From a virus: a stretch of DNA of 64,000 nt. How positions within the stretch are numbered: position 1 is the first letter of the stretch; every line of letters begins with the position of its first letter. The DNA lies in the IMG/VR virus record IMGVR_UViG_3300009506_000016, positions 1-64,000 of that record; one strand, written 5' to 3'. A program made the translations under genes and the position numbers. Below the pieces are notes generated by a model that saw only the letters and a program-made list of their open reading frames with translations, made no database searches and was not told the origin of the DNA. Positions 9,967 through 19,999 of this stretch are shown piece by piece.

Positions 9967-11241
9967 ATGTCGAACTGGCAAAATAGGATATTGTCTTTGG
10001 ACCATGTAGATCCAAAGACGCTGATTGAAAACCCGCTCAACTTTAAGGAGCATCCAGACTTACAACGGCGAATGATGGAAGGCATTCTGGATGATGTTGG
10101 GTGGGTTGATACTGTGTTGGTTAATAAGCGCACAGGCCATGTTATTGACGGTCACATGCGCCTTAAGCTCGCTATTGAACGCGGCGAAGCTACTGTCCCG
10201 GTATTATATATCGATGTGGATGAAGAAGAAGAAAGCAACATTCTTGCAACACTTGATCCGGTAGGTACGTTCGCCAAAGAACGAAGCGAAATGGTATCCA
10301 GCATTCTTGAAAACGTGAATACTAAAAATGCCAATGTGCTTGACCTCTTAGAGCGTGTAGCCAAACGTAACAGAGTTGAATTTGGGCGTTATGATCCTGA
10401 TGAAAAGAAAGCAGATAAGGAAAAGCGTAAAGCAGATGAGGATGAGGCGTTACAGGATCTTACTGATGAACTTGGGATCAAGGATGGACAGGTTTGGAAA
10501 GTTAAAAGCAAATCAGCGCCAGATATGTTCCATCGCCTTATGTGCGGAGATAGCGCGGATAAATCGGCTGTCAAGAAATTCCTTGGCAACACCCATGCCT
10601 TTCTAATGGTAACCGATCCGCCTTACGGAGTTGACTTTAGTGATCAGAAATTCAATCCTTATGCAAAAGATTGGGATGGAATTGAGGGAGACAAAGTTAC
10701 TGGTGTTGCTTTACGTGAATGGTTCAAAAATGTACTAAATATATGGATGCCTTTCATGGATGATAAGTCGGCTTATTATATTTGGGCGGCAATGTTTGAA
10801 GAAGGATTTGCTTTATATTATTCTCTGAAAGATGTAGGCTTGAATGTTCAATCCCAAATTATGTGGAGCAAATCACATATTACGTTGGGCCAAGCAGATT
10901 ATCAATGGAAACACGAGATATGCTGGTATGCGTTTATGAAAGGCAAAAAGCATAACTGGTTTGGTGGTCGTGACCAAAACACGGTTTGGGACGTGACTAA
11001 AGTGGCTCAGGGAGCATATCTTCATCCCATGCAAAAGCCGGTTGACCTTTATTCTACGCCTATACGAAATCACACAAAACCGGGTGATATCTGTTTAGAT
11101 CCATTCTTGGGAAGTGGAACTCAAATTATTGCCGCTGAACAGCTTGGCCGGATATGTTATGGGGTTGAGAAAGATCCTAAATGGGTGGCTACCACGATTA
11201 AGCGATTACAGGAATTTGGATTAGAGGTTTATCTGGAATGA
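9967..11241 (+). CDS. ParB/Srx-like domain fused to beta-class N4/N6 DNA methyltransferase
   Basis: N-terminal NPLN..H / VIDGHMRL; TDPPYG precedes DPFLGSGT. Confidence 0.9.
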   Translation: MSNWQNRILSLDHVDPKTLIENPLNFKEHPDLQRRMMEGILDDVGWVDTVLVNKRTGHVIDGHMRLKLAIERGEATVPVLYIDVDEEEESNILATLDPVGTFAKERSEMVSSILENVNTKNANVLDLLERVAKRNRVEFGRYDPDEKKADKEKRKADEDEALQDLTDELGIKDGQVWKVKSKSAPDMFHRLMCGDSADKSAVKKFLGNTHAFLMVTDPPYGVDFSDQKFNPYAKDWDGIEGDKVTGVALREWFKNVLNIWMPFMDDKSAYYIWAAMFEEGFALYYSLKDVGLNVQSQIMWSKSHITLGQADYQWKHEICWYAFMKGKKHNWFGGRDQNTVWDVTKVAQGAYLHPMQKPVDLYSTPIRNHTKPGDICLDPFLGSGTQIIAAEQLGRICYGVEKDPKWVATTIKRLQEFGLEVYLE

Positions 11242-11969
11242 ACGAGTTAGAAGTTGTTGTGTTTACGTGCGATAGGCACTTATGGGCTGTGAGGCCAATG
11301 GCTTATTTATTCAACAAATATTGGTCGGCAGAACAACGAGTAACAGTAGTTGGATTCAAGCGTCCAGAATTTGAACTTCCGCCAAATTTCAAGTTTTATT
11401 CCGTGTGCATGAAAGAGCTACCGGCTGATCGGTGGGTAGATGCGGCTCGCAATTATCTTGAAACGTCAACCGATTCTCACTTTATTATGTTCCATGAAGA
11501 TTACTGGCTGGTGAGAAAAGTAAATCTTGACATCATTCAAACGCTTTATGAATTTGCAAATGCGCATGGTGATATTGTTCGCGTTGATCTTACGGGCGAC
11601 AGATTATATGCAAGTGACATGCACGATGTTGCGTATCTCAAAGACCTTGATATTATTGAGGCTCCAGGATCACAGTACGAGATGTCACATCAGGCCGGGA
11701 TATTTAATCGCAAGCATTATTTGAATATTGTTTCGAGACTTGCCAAAGATCAGCGTTCGGCGTGGAATGTTGAACTTGAAGGCACTTCGATTATCAATAA
11801 CAATGTATGGATGAAAGTATATGGAACTCGGCAATGGCCGGTTCGCTATGCGAATGGAATGCTTAAAGGAAAACTCGACCTAAACGAATTGAAAAAAATC
11901 GAGAAAAACGATTATAATAAAATAGTCGAGTGGATACCCGAACACTATTTGAAAGAGGATCATACATGA
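11238..11969 (+). CDS. GT-A fold glycosyltransferase-like protein
   Basis: VVVFTCD start and FHEDYWL acidic motif; lies in the glycosyltransferase cluster. Confidence 0.6.
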   Translation: MNELEVVVFTCDRHLWAVRPMAYLFNKYWSAEQRVTVVGFKRPEFELPPNFKFYSVCMKELPADRWVDAARNYLETSTDSHFIMFHEDYWLVRKVNLDIIQTLYEFANAHGDIVRVDLTGDRLYASDMHDVAYLKDLDIIEAPGSQYEMSHQAGIFNRKHYLNIVSRLAKDQRSAWNVELEGTSIINNNVWMKVYGTRQWPVRYANGMLKGKLDLNELKKIEKNDYNKIVEWIPEHYLKEDHT

Positions 11970-12523
11970 GAACTGCTTATGAATTATCGGATTGGCAAGG
12001 TTATCTGACACATAACGAAATTGACGAAATACAGAAATGCGTTCGAGAGCTTTTCGTGCAATACCGGCCAATTGCGGTAAACATTGGCGCTGGCGGGGGA
12101 ACTTCTACAATTGCTATGCTTGAACAGGATTCAAGGATCGTTGTATTCTCTATCGACATTGCGGCGGCTGGACAGGAAACAGTGACGAATGAACATTTGA
12201 GACTTGATGAATGCGGACCCGAATATGTTGGGAGGGTGAAGCGCATTTGGGGTGATAGCAAGATGGTTGGCAAAAACTGGCCCGTAAAAGTTGATCTCGT
12301 TTTTGTGGATGGGGATCATACGCTTGAGGGATGTGCCGGTGATATTGAGGCATGGGCTGATCATATTCGCTCCGGTGGCTACATGCTTTTCCACGATTAC
12401 GGATCTCCAAACTGGCCCGGCGTTGCTCAGGCAGTTGATTCTATGATGGGCGTTTATGAAGAATTGGGCGCTGTTCAAAAAATAAAGCTAGTAGACTCTT
12501 TGATGGTGTATAAGATACTATGA
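11966..12523 (+). CDS. class I SAM-dependent methyltransferase (Methyltransf_24-like)
   Basis: NIGAGGGTS; DLVFVDGDH...GG.MLFHDY; ATGA overlap with the previous gene. Confidence 0.85.
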   Translation: MRTAYELSDWQGYLTHNEIDEIQKCVRELFVQYRPIAVNIGAGGGTSTIAMLEQDSRIVVFSIDIAAAGQETVTNEHLRLDECGPEYVGRVKRIWGDSKMVGKNWPVKVDLVFVDGDHTLEGCAGDIEAWADHIRSGGYMLFHDYGSPNWPGVAQAVDSMMGVYEELGAVQKIKLVDSLMVYKIL

Positions 12524-12858
12524 CCGGTACGGATGACAATCACGAAGCATTGAAATTATTTGCTACAAAATTGGGCGAGAGGATCGTTAAAAATTCAGAT
12601 GAAATACTGCGCTCTAACGGGCTTAATGAAACACGATTTTCTGTTGGCGTGCTTGTGAAACCGGCAGTATTTCAGATTGTTATTTCTTGTAATGAGTTTA
12701 TCTATAACGTTCCAGAGATGAACATCTTTGAGCATTTCAAAGGATCAAAGTGGGAAACCGAGATAACCGAATTCGTTGATAGTTATGCTCGATTTCTTGC
12801 ATGGGATTATCTCAAATATTGTGGCATAGAGGCTAAATTTGAAGAACAGAAAACTTAA
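12520..12858 (+). CDS. hypothetical protein
   Basis: 112 aa, translationally coupled (ATGA). Confidence 0.65.
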   Translation: MTGTDDNHEALKLFATKLGERIVKNSDEILRSNGLNETRFSVGVLVKPAVFQIVISCNEFIYNVPEMNIFEHFKGSKWETEITEFVDSYARFLAWDYLKYCGIEAKFEEQKT

Positions 12859-15817
12859 AGTATTCATGTTCCCAGGCAAGGGATCAATAGGCCAGCCAAA
12901 TGGTATTTCACGAGTAATAGAAAACTATTACAAGTACAGCCATCTTATTAATGTTGAATTTGTAGATACAGATAATAATGCAGATTTAAGAGTTGCTCAC
13001 GCTGGCATGAAAGATGGAGATTGTGATGTATCCATTCTTCATGGTATATATTTTACGGGTGATTATAGATCCCCAAAATATGAGCATAAAGTAAATAGGC
13101 AAATCGCCGAGTCAATTCACTCAGCATATTCGGTAACTGTTCCTACAAGTTGGGTGGCTGAAATTATTCAGAGAGATACGCATATCAATCCATTTGTCGT
13201 TCCTCATGGTATCGATGCAGAGTTATGGAAGCATGATTATCAGTTTGAACCCTATTTCTTATATAATAAGAACAGGGATGGATCAGACGTATGCGATAGT
13301 ACAGCGCTTGATAAACTTGCCGGTATGTCTCCTGATGTAAAATTTGTTTCTACTTTCTCGCGTGCTAACCACCCAAATATCCGGGTTACCGGTGTTATGT
13401 CACCTGATGATATGAAACCGTATATACAGAGGGCTGGCGGTTATTTGTCGCTTACAAAGGAAACATTCGGTATTGGGGTGTTGGAAGCGCTGGCGTCCGG
13501 TGTGCCGGTGTTAGGCTGGCGGCATGGCGGCAATGTTGACTTGATAAAACATGGCGTAAATGGCTATTTGGCAGAACCCGGAAATTATGATGATCTAATA
13601 GCCGGAATGCGCTATATTATTAAATATAGAAAAGTTTTATCATATAACGCGAGTATCTCGGCAAGAGAGTGGACTTGGGAAAATGCTCTAAATAAACTCA
13701 GAGTTGCTCTTGATGATGCTTACTCAAAGAAACATGAACCCGCAACAGTGAGTGTTATTGTTCCAGCTTATAATTATGGTGATAAGATTGGCCGCTGTCT
13801 TGATAGCATTGATGAGCAATCTTTTCGCCCCTCCGAAGTCATTGTGGTAGATGATGGGTCAGAAAAAGATCAAGCTAAAACTACCAAAAAGGTTTCAAAA
13901 GATCACGGCGCTTATTATTATTTCAAAAATAACGGTGGTGTAGCAACTGCTCGTAACTATGGTGGAATCGTATCACAATCAAAATATCTATGTTTTATAG
14001 ATGCTGATGACGAGATGGATTCTGAATTCTTGAATGTGTGCGTGCAAGCACTTGAAAACGACAAGTCTCTATACGTGGCATATACTGGACTGAAAGCTAT
14101 TCATCCAGATGGACGAGAGCAAGTATCTCAATGGCCCGGCGAATGGAATTTTGATGCTCAACTAAAACGAAAAAATCAAATTCCTACTTGTTGCGTAATG
14201 CGCAGAGAAGCCTTTGAAAGAACAGGCGGATATCGTCAGCGCTATGCACCTCATGGCGCTGGATCTGAGGACGCTGATCTTTGGACTCGCATTGGTGCAT
14301 TAGGAATGAAGGCAAAACAAGTAACCACTGATCCATTATTCCGTTATCATGTTGGGGAGGGACACACCAGCCAGTCAGGATACAGAGAAGTTGATTGGCT
14401 AGGATGGAACGGGTATTTAAAGTCTGGACTTCATCCATTTGCCAGCTATGCCACTCCGAATAATAAATTTGCGCATCTTGTATTTCAATATGATGAACCG
14501 ATGGTAAGTGTTATTATTCCAGTTGGTCCAGGACACGAGAATGTTATTGTAAATGCGCTTGATAGCATTGAGGGTCAGACTTATAAAAAGTGGGAAGTGA
14601 TTGTTGTATCTGACACGGTTAACAATATTGATCTTTCTCCTTGGCCTTTTGCCCGTATATTTCATACTGATAAACCCAAAAGTGGTCCGGGTGTGGCGCG
14701 TAACATAGGCGTAAAGAATGCACGCGGAAAGTTTGTTGTGTTCCTGGATGCTGATGATTGGCTTGCGATTGATGCTCTTGAAAAGATGCTCGTTCACTAC
14801 ACGCTTAATAGCGGAATTGTTTACAGTAATTACTTTGGAATATCATCGGCAGAACCTGATGATCTTAAGAAATATAAGACAAAGATCGTGGCCTACGATG
14901 AAAAAAAGAAAATGGCGCTTGCAAAACATGAAGCAAGCGAGTATGATTGTAAACGAGCGCAGATGCAACCAAGAGATCCGTTGTATCATTGGTGTCTTGT
15001 TACTTGTCTTATCCCTAAAGTTTGGCATGATGAAATCGGCGGGTTCGATGAAAACATGTCAAGTTGGGAAGATGTAGATTACCACTGGCGTATGGCGCGT
15101 ATGGGCAAATGCTACTCGCGTATTGAAGATACGTTAGTGTATTATAATTTCAATACCGGATATCGTAGAAATCTAGCGAGTCCAGAACAAAATCTTGATC
15201 ACGCCAAGTCGCTAATCGCGTACATGGCAGACAAATATAAGAAAGGTGATGAACCTATGGCATGTCGAACTTGCGGGAAAACGAATCCCGCCTCTGGTGT
15301 TGCTCCATCTTCTGTTACCGCAATGAGCGCTATGGCGGCAAAGAATGAGGATAATTCTTATGTGATGATTGTTTATAATCATCCTAATCGTGGAACCCAT
15401 CGAGTTATTGGTCCTTCTACTGGTACGGATTATGGCTATCGCGCCGGTGGTGAACACTTCCTTGTTCATGTGAATGATGTACAACTTATGCCAGCATTAT
15501 TTGTAAAACAGGCAATCAAAGTTGTTAACGCATCCATTCCAGTTGAGCAAGAAGCGCCAAAGAAACTTGAGGCTCCAAAAATGATCGATGGAACTCCTGT
15601 GATATCAAAAGATAAGCCGTTTGACGTGGGTGTTATTGCGGGTATCACTCCTGCGATTGCGAAGAAACTCATTGATGCTGGCGTTGACTCTCGTGATAAG
15701 TTTTTATCACTTACTAATGATTACTTGGTAGATATTGATGGCATTTCTAATACGCGTGCAAAAATTATCATGGGTGTGATCGATAAAATGAGACAGGAAG
15801 ATGCCAGTGACTCTTGA
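12839..15817 (+). CDS. multi-domain glycosyltransferase: GT4 + two GT2 domains + C-terminal CxxC and helix-hairpin-helix region
   Basis: ETFGIGVLEALASG (GT4); VSVIVPAYN..VDDGS..FIDADD and VSVIIPVG..FLDADD (GT2); IAGITPAIAKKL and IDGISNTRAK (HhH). Confidence 0.9.
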   Translation: MKNRKLKVFMFPGKGSIGQPNGISRVIENYYKYSHLINVEFVDTDNNADLRVAHAGMKDGDCDVSILHGIYFTGDYRSPKYEHKVNRQIAESIHSAYSVTVPTSWVAEIIQRDTHINPFVVPHGIDAELWKHDYQFEPYFLYNKNRDGSDVCDSTALDKLAGMSPDVKFVSTFSRANHPNIRVTGVMSPDDMKPYIQRAGGYLSLTKETFGIGVLEALASGVPVLGWRHGGNVDLIKHGVNGYLAEPGNYDDLIAGMRYIIKYRKVLSYNASISAREWTWENALNKLRVALDDAYSKKHEPATVSVIVPAYNYGDKIGRCLDSIDEQSFRPSEVIVVDDGSEKDQAKTTKKVSKDHGAYYYFKNNGGVATARNYGGIVSQSKYLCFIDADDEMDSEFLNVCVQALENDKSLYVAYTGLKAIHPDGREQVSQWPGEWNFDAQLKRKNQIPTCCVMRREAFERTGGYRQRYAPHGAGSEDADLWTRIGALGMKAKQVTTDPLFRYHVGEGHTSQSGYREVDWLGWNGYLKSGLHPFASYATPNNKFAHLVFQYDEPMVSVIIPVGPGHENVIVNALDSIEGQTYKKWEVIVVSDTVNNIDLSPWPFARIFHTDKPKSGPGVARNIGVKNARGKFVVFLDADDWLAIDALEKMLVHYTLNSGIVYSNYFGISSAEPDDLKKYKTKIVAYDEKKKMALAKHEASEYDCKRAQMQPRDPLYHWCLVTCLIPKVWHDEIGGFDENMSSWEDVDYHWRMARMGKCYSRIEDTLVYYNFNTGYRRNLASPEQNLDHAKSLIAYMADKYKKGDEPMACRTCGKTNPASGVAPSSVTAMSAMAAKNEDNSYVMIVYNHPNRGTHRVIGPSTGTDYGYRAGGEHFLVHVNDVQLMPALFVKQAIKVVNASIPVEQEAPKKLEAPKMIDGTPVISKDKPFDVGVIAGITPAIAKKLIDAGVDSRDKFLSLTNDYLVDIDGISNTRAKIIMGVIDKMRQEDASDS

Positions 15818-16136
15818 ACGCATGTTCATGTTTCTAATCCTTAGTCTTGCAACGTGGCGGTTATCCAGCTTGTTCGCTCGTGAAAAAGGACCGTTCGATG
15901 TGTTCACCTGGATACGTAAGAAAATTTATACTAGAACGGTGTATAATTTAATGAGAGCGCTATTTATAACACTCAATGACGGTTTATCTTGTATGTGGTG
16001 TAACTCTGTCTGGTTTGGACTTTTACTAGCACCGATCATCTCGACAAACCCGCTAGAGTGGATCATCATGGGGTTAGCGCTCTCTACTGTTGCAATTATC
16101 GTGGAGGAAAAGTTAAATGGCAATCGCATCAATTAG
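15801..16136 (+). CDS. DUF1360-like membrane protein
   Basis: LATWRLSSL..E.GPF...LSCMWCNSVW plus hydrophobic helices. Confidence 0.75.
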   Translation: MPVTLERMFMFLILSLATWRLSSLFAREKGPFDVFTWIRKKIYTRTVYNLMRALFITLNDGLSCMWCNSVWFGLLLAPIISTNPLEWIIMGLALSTVAIIVEEKLNGNRIN

Positions 16137-17367
16137 GACGTTTCTGAGCCTGGATAGATACGCTCAAATACTCGGTATTAACCCTGTATTCTTTGCTGGC
16201 AGTAGTGATATTGAGTTAAGCGATGGCCGCGTTCTATTTCCTCTCAGTAATGCACAAAATGATTTATGGCCTCAATATTCGTGGCAAAATTTTGATCAGG
16301 TGAGTCGTGAAGAACTTGCTCGACAAATTCATATTGCTGAACTCGCAATTATAGATTACCTGGGATTCAATCCGTATCCTAATTGGGTCGAGAATGAAAG
16401 ACACGACCTGGGCTGGCACTATCGTTCTGAACTTCAATACCGGCCTATGCGTTATGACGCGGCTGGAAATGAGGGGCAAATAACAACCGGCCTATCTCAA
16501 TTCATATCTGGTGGTAGACGTGCTGTTTCTCTTATAGAAAGTCCATTAGTTGTTTACTCAGATCCTGATGCCGATGGATGGGATGAGCTTGCAACCATCA
16601 CAGTCAATATTGCCGCTGGTACTGATCCACTTGAGGTTAAACTATATTTCTATGGAAACGATGGTGACCAAATATTTGAAATTAGAGAGCCGCGTACAAA
16701 AGTGGCGACTGCCGCTACGGTTACATTCACATACAATACTTGGCAATTGGTTGATCCAGAAATTTATGAAAGGTTGCCTAGTAGTGACACTGAGCTTATT
16801 GGCGTTGATCTTAACGATCCGTCCGTGTTGGTAGCACAGGTTGACGCATATCGTGAATACAATGATACAACCGAAAATCATGTTGTGTTCTACTCCAATA
16901 ACCGGACCGATGGATCTATATCAGAGCAAGGTGGTTTTATCTACCGCATTCAGGATGACAACTTTATCACTCCTGTTCAAGCTGATTACGATGCTACTTC
17001 CGGGGCATGGGTACGTTCAACAACTCAATGCGTATATCCAGATTACATGAATCTGTGGTATTATTCTGGTATGAAAGATTTTCGCCGACAAATCAAGACT
17101 ACTGAGGACTATATGCCTCAAGACATTGCGGTAGCAATCGCGTACATGGCTACTGCACGATTAGAGCGAGCGTTCTATTCTAATAACAATGCAACTGCTC
17201 TGGCCGCTGATTTACGCGAAGATCATTTACAAACTGACCGAACTCAATATAAAGCCGCTCCACCGGATGCGTTCACAAATCCATTCGGCTCAAGAGTTGG
17301 TGAGTTGAGAGCATGGCGCTTAGTACAAAGGTTTCACACGGCTACGCGAAGTGGGGGATCTTTATGA
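16117..17367 (+). CDS. putative head-tail adaptor / structural protein
   Basis: Lies between head and tail genes; 'AE..I.DYLG' and 'AVAIAYMA' helices resemble adaptor proteins. Confidence 0.5.
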   Translation: MAIASIRTFLSLDRYAQILGINPVFFAGSSDIELSDGRVLFPLSNAQNDLWPQYSWQNFDQVSREELARQIHIAELAIIDYLGFNPYPNWVENERHDLGWHYRSELQYRPMRYDAAGNEGQITTGLSQFISGGRRAVSLIESPLVVYSDPDADGWDELATITVNIAAGTDPLEVKLYFYGNDGDQIFEIREPRTKVATAATVTFTYNTWQLVDPEIYERLPSSDTELIGVDLNDPSVLVAQVDAYREYNDTTENHVVFYSNNRTDGSISEQGGFIYRIQDDNFITPVQADYDATSGAWVRSTTQCVYPDYMNLWYYSGMKDFRRQIKTTEDYMPQDIAVAIAYMATARLERAFYSNNNATALAADLREDHLQTDRTQYKAAPPDAFTNPFGSRVGELRAWRLVQRFHTATRSGGSL

Positions 17368-17660
17368 AGCGTGTTTTTAAGCAAGATGACAACGGGGTGA
17401 TGCGTTGTTTTCTGTTGCGCGATATAGATGATGAATCAAATCCCGAGATTGGTATTCCTCTCAATCCGCCGCCCATCGAGAGGGTTGTGTGTGAATACGC
17501 AAAGGAAATGGAAAATCAACTTGTGCGCATGGGCGTTTTGACCTATCGTGATCTTATGGCTAATCCACAAGCGGTGTCGAAAGTGGTGAACGCCTTGAGG
17601 TTGAGGTTGATACAAGAATATAAATTAGAGGAGTCTCGTAAAGATGGCAAGTTACAATAA
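17364..17660 (+). CDS. hypothetical protein
   Basis: ATGA overlap; start MKRVFK. Confidence 0.65.
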   Translation: MKRVFKQDDNGVMRCFLLRDIDDESNPEIGIPLNPPPIERVVCEYAKEMENQLVRMGVLTYRDLMANPQAVSKVVNALRLRLIQEYKLEESRKDGKLQ

Positions 17661-19152
17661 GCCTCTCAAAACTGGTTTTTCCCGCGTGTTTCTAATTGCT
17701 GGACGCGCACGCGGCGATCATGCGCCAGAGTACTTCTCGCAGTTAAAGATGGGTGGGATTTCTCAAAACTTCGGTGACATCACTCGTGTTGAGATTCCTG
17801 ACCCTGATGAGTATGGCAAGTTTTTGGAAGTTGACCGCATTCGCGGTACTGAGGAACGGGCCGCATTCACGCTTATGGGACGCTACGCGGCGGCTGTCAA
17901 AAGTCGTTTGCTTGAGCTTGCTCGTAACAAATGCCCGGTGGATATTCAATTACACATGGGCGAATGCACAGACCCTTCCGCTTTCAACATCTTCACCAAA
18001 GCAATTATCGCAGAGGACGCAATCCTAACTTCTCATTCGACTGAGGATTTGGGCGCGTTGGAATCTGGCGAGAACGCACAAGTAAACGAAACGGCTGATA
18101 TTCAGTCTCGTGATTACTATGAAGTGTTGCCTCTTACGTTCACTCAACGGGCGGCTGATATTATCACCAATCACATTAACAATGTTGTTGTGATTGATAC
18201 CGCCTCATGTGGTGGATCTTGCGCAGACGAGTCCAATGGCTGTCAGAAGTTTTTCGCTGTAAGTGATGCGGCTGGTGGTAGTCCAGGCACTCCGCCTGAT
18301 GTTGTTTTCTCTCTTGATGGTGGAAGCAATATGTACGCTCACGATGTTGATTCTTTGTCATCGACTGATGACGCGCTGGCTGTGGCTGGCGTTGGAGATT
18401 ACATCGTGGTTGTTTCGAATTCGGATGGTTCTCTCAGCTACGCTGAAATTCAAGATTTCATCGATCTGGTTGATCCCACGTTTACCGCTGTTACTACGGG
18501 TATCGTGGCCGGTGGAGAACCGAATCACATCTTTAGTCTTGGGCGCAAGGCTTATGTGGTTGGTGATGGTGGGTACGTGTACTTTACCGATGATCCTACT
18601 GCTGGCGTTGACGTTCTTGATGCTGGCGTTGCTACCGCTGATGACCTGAACTTTGTTCATGCCTATGATGAGTACAATGCTGTTGCCGTTGGTGATAATG
18701 GCGCGGTTATTCATACGACTGATAAGACCAGTTGGGATACCGCTCTAACATTCCCGGTTGGCGTTGGCATTGATCTTACTGGCGTGTTTATGAAGTCAGA
18801 AACCGAGTGGTGGGTGACTGCAAGCAATGGCACGATGTACTACACGCTCAATTCCGGTAAAACCTGGACCGCTAAAACTCTCCCAGGCACTACGCCTTCG
18901 AAGATGGATGCAATTGCATTCTCAAGCGATTCCGTTGGTTATGCCGCTGGCGTTGTGAGTTCTCATGGCCGCATTTACCGCACGTTCGATGGTGGATATT
19001 CTTGGGTGGTAACACCAGAGGGTACTTCATCCATTCCTACGGGCGATGAGTTCCTATCAATCGCAGTTTGCGAAAATGACGTGAACCTTGTTATTGGTGC
19101 TGGTATTGCCGATGACGCTACAGATGGTATCTTGGTAGTCGGTAAAATCTAA
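17644..19152 (+). CDS. major tail tube protein fused to a YCF48/BNR-like beta-propeller
   Basis: Precedes the chaperone pair and tape measure; GGAG SD; Asp-box-like repeats (SLDGGS, TLNSGKTW, TFDGGYSW). Confidence 0.7.
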   Translation: MASYNKPLKTGFSRVFLIAGRARGDHAPEYFSQLKMGGISQNFGDITRVEIPDPDEYGKFLEVDRIRGTEERAAFTLMGRYAAAVKSRLLELARNKCPVDIQLHMGECTDPSAFNIFTKAIIAEDAILTSHSTEDLGALESGENAQVNETADIQSRDYYEVLPLTFTQRAADIITNHINNVVVIDTASCGGSCADESNGCQKFFAVSDAAGGSPGTPPDVVFSLDGGSNMYAHDVDSLSSTDDALAVAGVGDYIVVVSNSDGSLSYAEIQDFIDLVDPTFTAVTTGIVAGGEPNHIFSLGRKAYVVGDGGYVYFTDDPTAGVDVLDAGVATADDLNFVHAYDEYNAVAVGDNGAVIHTTDKTSWDTALTFPVGVGIDLTGVFMKSETEWWVTASNGTMYYTLNSGKTWTAKTLPGTTPSKMDAIAFSSDSVGYAAGVVSSHGRIYRTFDGGYSWVVTPEGTSSIPTGDEFLSIAVCENDVNLVIGAGIADDATDGILVVGKI

Positions 19153-19189
19153 GCATAAACACAATCCCTTCGTACTGGAGGATCTATAA

Positions 19190-19726
19190 ATGACTAACAC
19201 TTCTCAAGTTGTCTCAAAGGCCGCTCGTTCATTGAAAAATGAAAATGAGCAGAGCGGCCTTATTACGCTTTCTACCGGCGTTATTCTTACTCCTACTATT
19301 GTTCCCAACATGCTTTATCTGGAAATCATGGGCCGCTTCAAAGCACCAAAGATTCCACGCTTTTTCAATGAGGATCTTGGGCGCGAAGAAGAAAACCCGA
19401 ACCATCCTGACTACATTGCCGAAATGCAAGAATATACTCAGGAAATGTCAAAGGCAATGATTGATCTTATGATCCTATTTGGAACGGAGATTAACAAATG
19501 TCCAAAGGGGGTTGATCCTTTAGAAAGTAGTAAGTGGGTTAATAAACTAAAACTTACTCATTTTGAATTTGATCCTGATGATGAGTATGATCGTTATCTC
19601 AATTGGATTAAGGCTGTAGCCGCTCCAAGTGATGAGGATATCGAAGCTATATCGGTTGGAGTAGGGCGGCTATCTGGCGTTGTCGAAGATGACGTGCAAG
19701 ATGCCGTTAACCAGTTTCGGGATTGA
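19190..19726 (+). CDS. tail assembly chaperone (gpG-like)
   Basis: Between tail tube and tape measure; ends ...CAG TTT CGG GAT TGA. Confidence 0.75.
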   Translation: MTNTSQVVSKAARSLKNENEQSGLITLSTGVILTPTIVPNMLYLEIMGRFKAPKIPRFFNEDLGREEENPNHPDYIAEMQEYTQEMSKAMIDLMILFGTEINKCPKGVDPLESSKWVNKLKLTHFEFDPDDEYDRYLNWIKAVAAPSDEDIEAISVGVGRLSGVVEDDVQDAVNQFRD

Positions 19727-19988
19727 CCTTAACGACACACCAATCTTAGACCTGCCTGTGTCTCACAGCGACATGCTCGGTATCAGTATTTCTCAACAAC
19801 CTGTTCCGGGTATGGTGTCGTTTTATGAAGAACATATGTCACGAAGCGATGCTGGCTATACGATACAAGAGTGGTATAATCTTAATGGACGCGAACGAGC
19901 ATCAGAAGTTGCTCTTGCACGAATAAAGAATGCAATTGAATATCACAAGATGAAAGAGCAAGAACGAGCGTCAAAGCGCAAGCAATAA
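19715..19988 (+). CDS. tail assembly chaperone extension (gpT-like), likely reached by +1 frameshift
   Basis: Overlapping +1 frame ORF without a convincing RBS or start; ends 11 nt before the tape measure gene. Confidence 0.65.
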
Positions 19989-19999
19989 ACGGAGACAAA

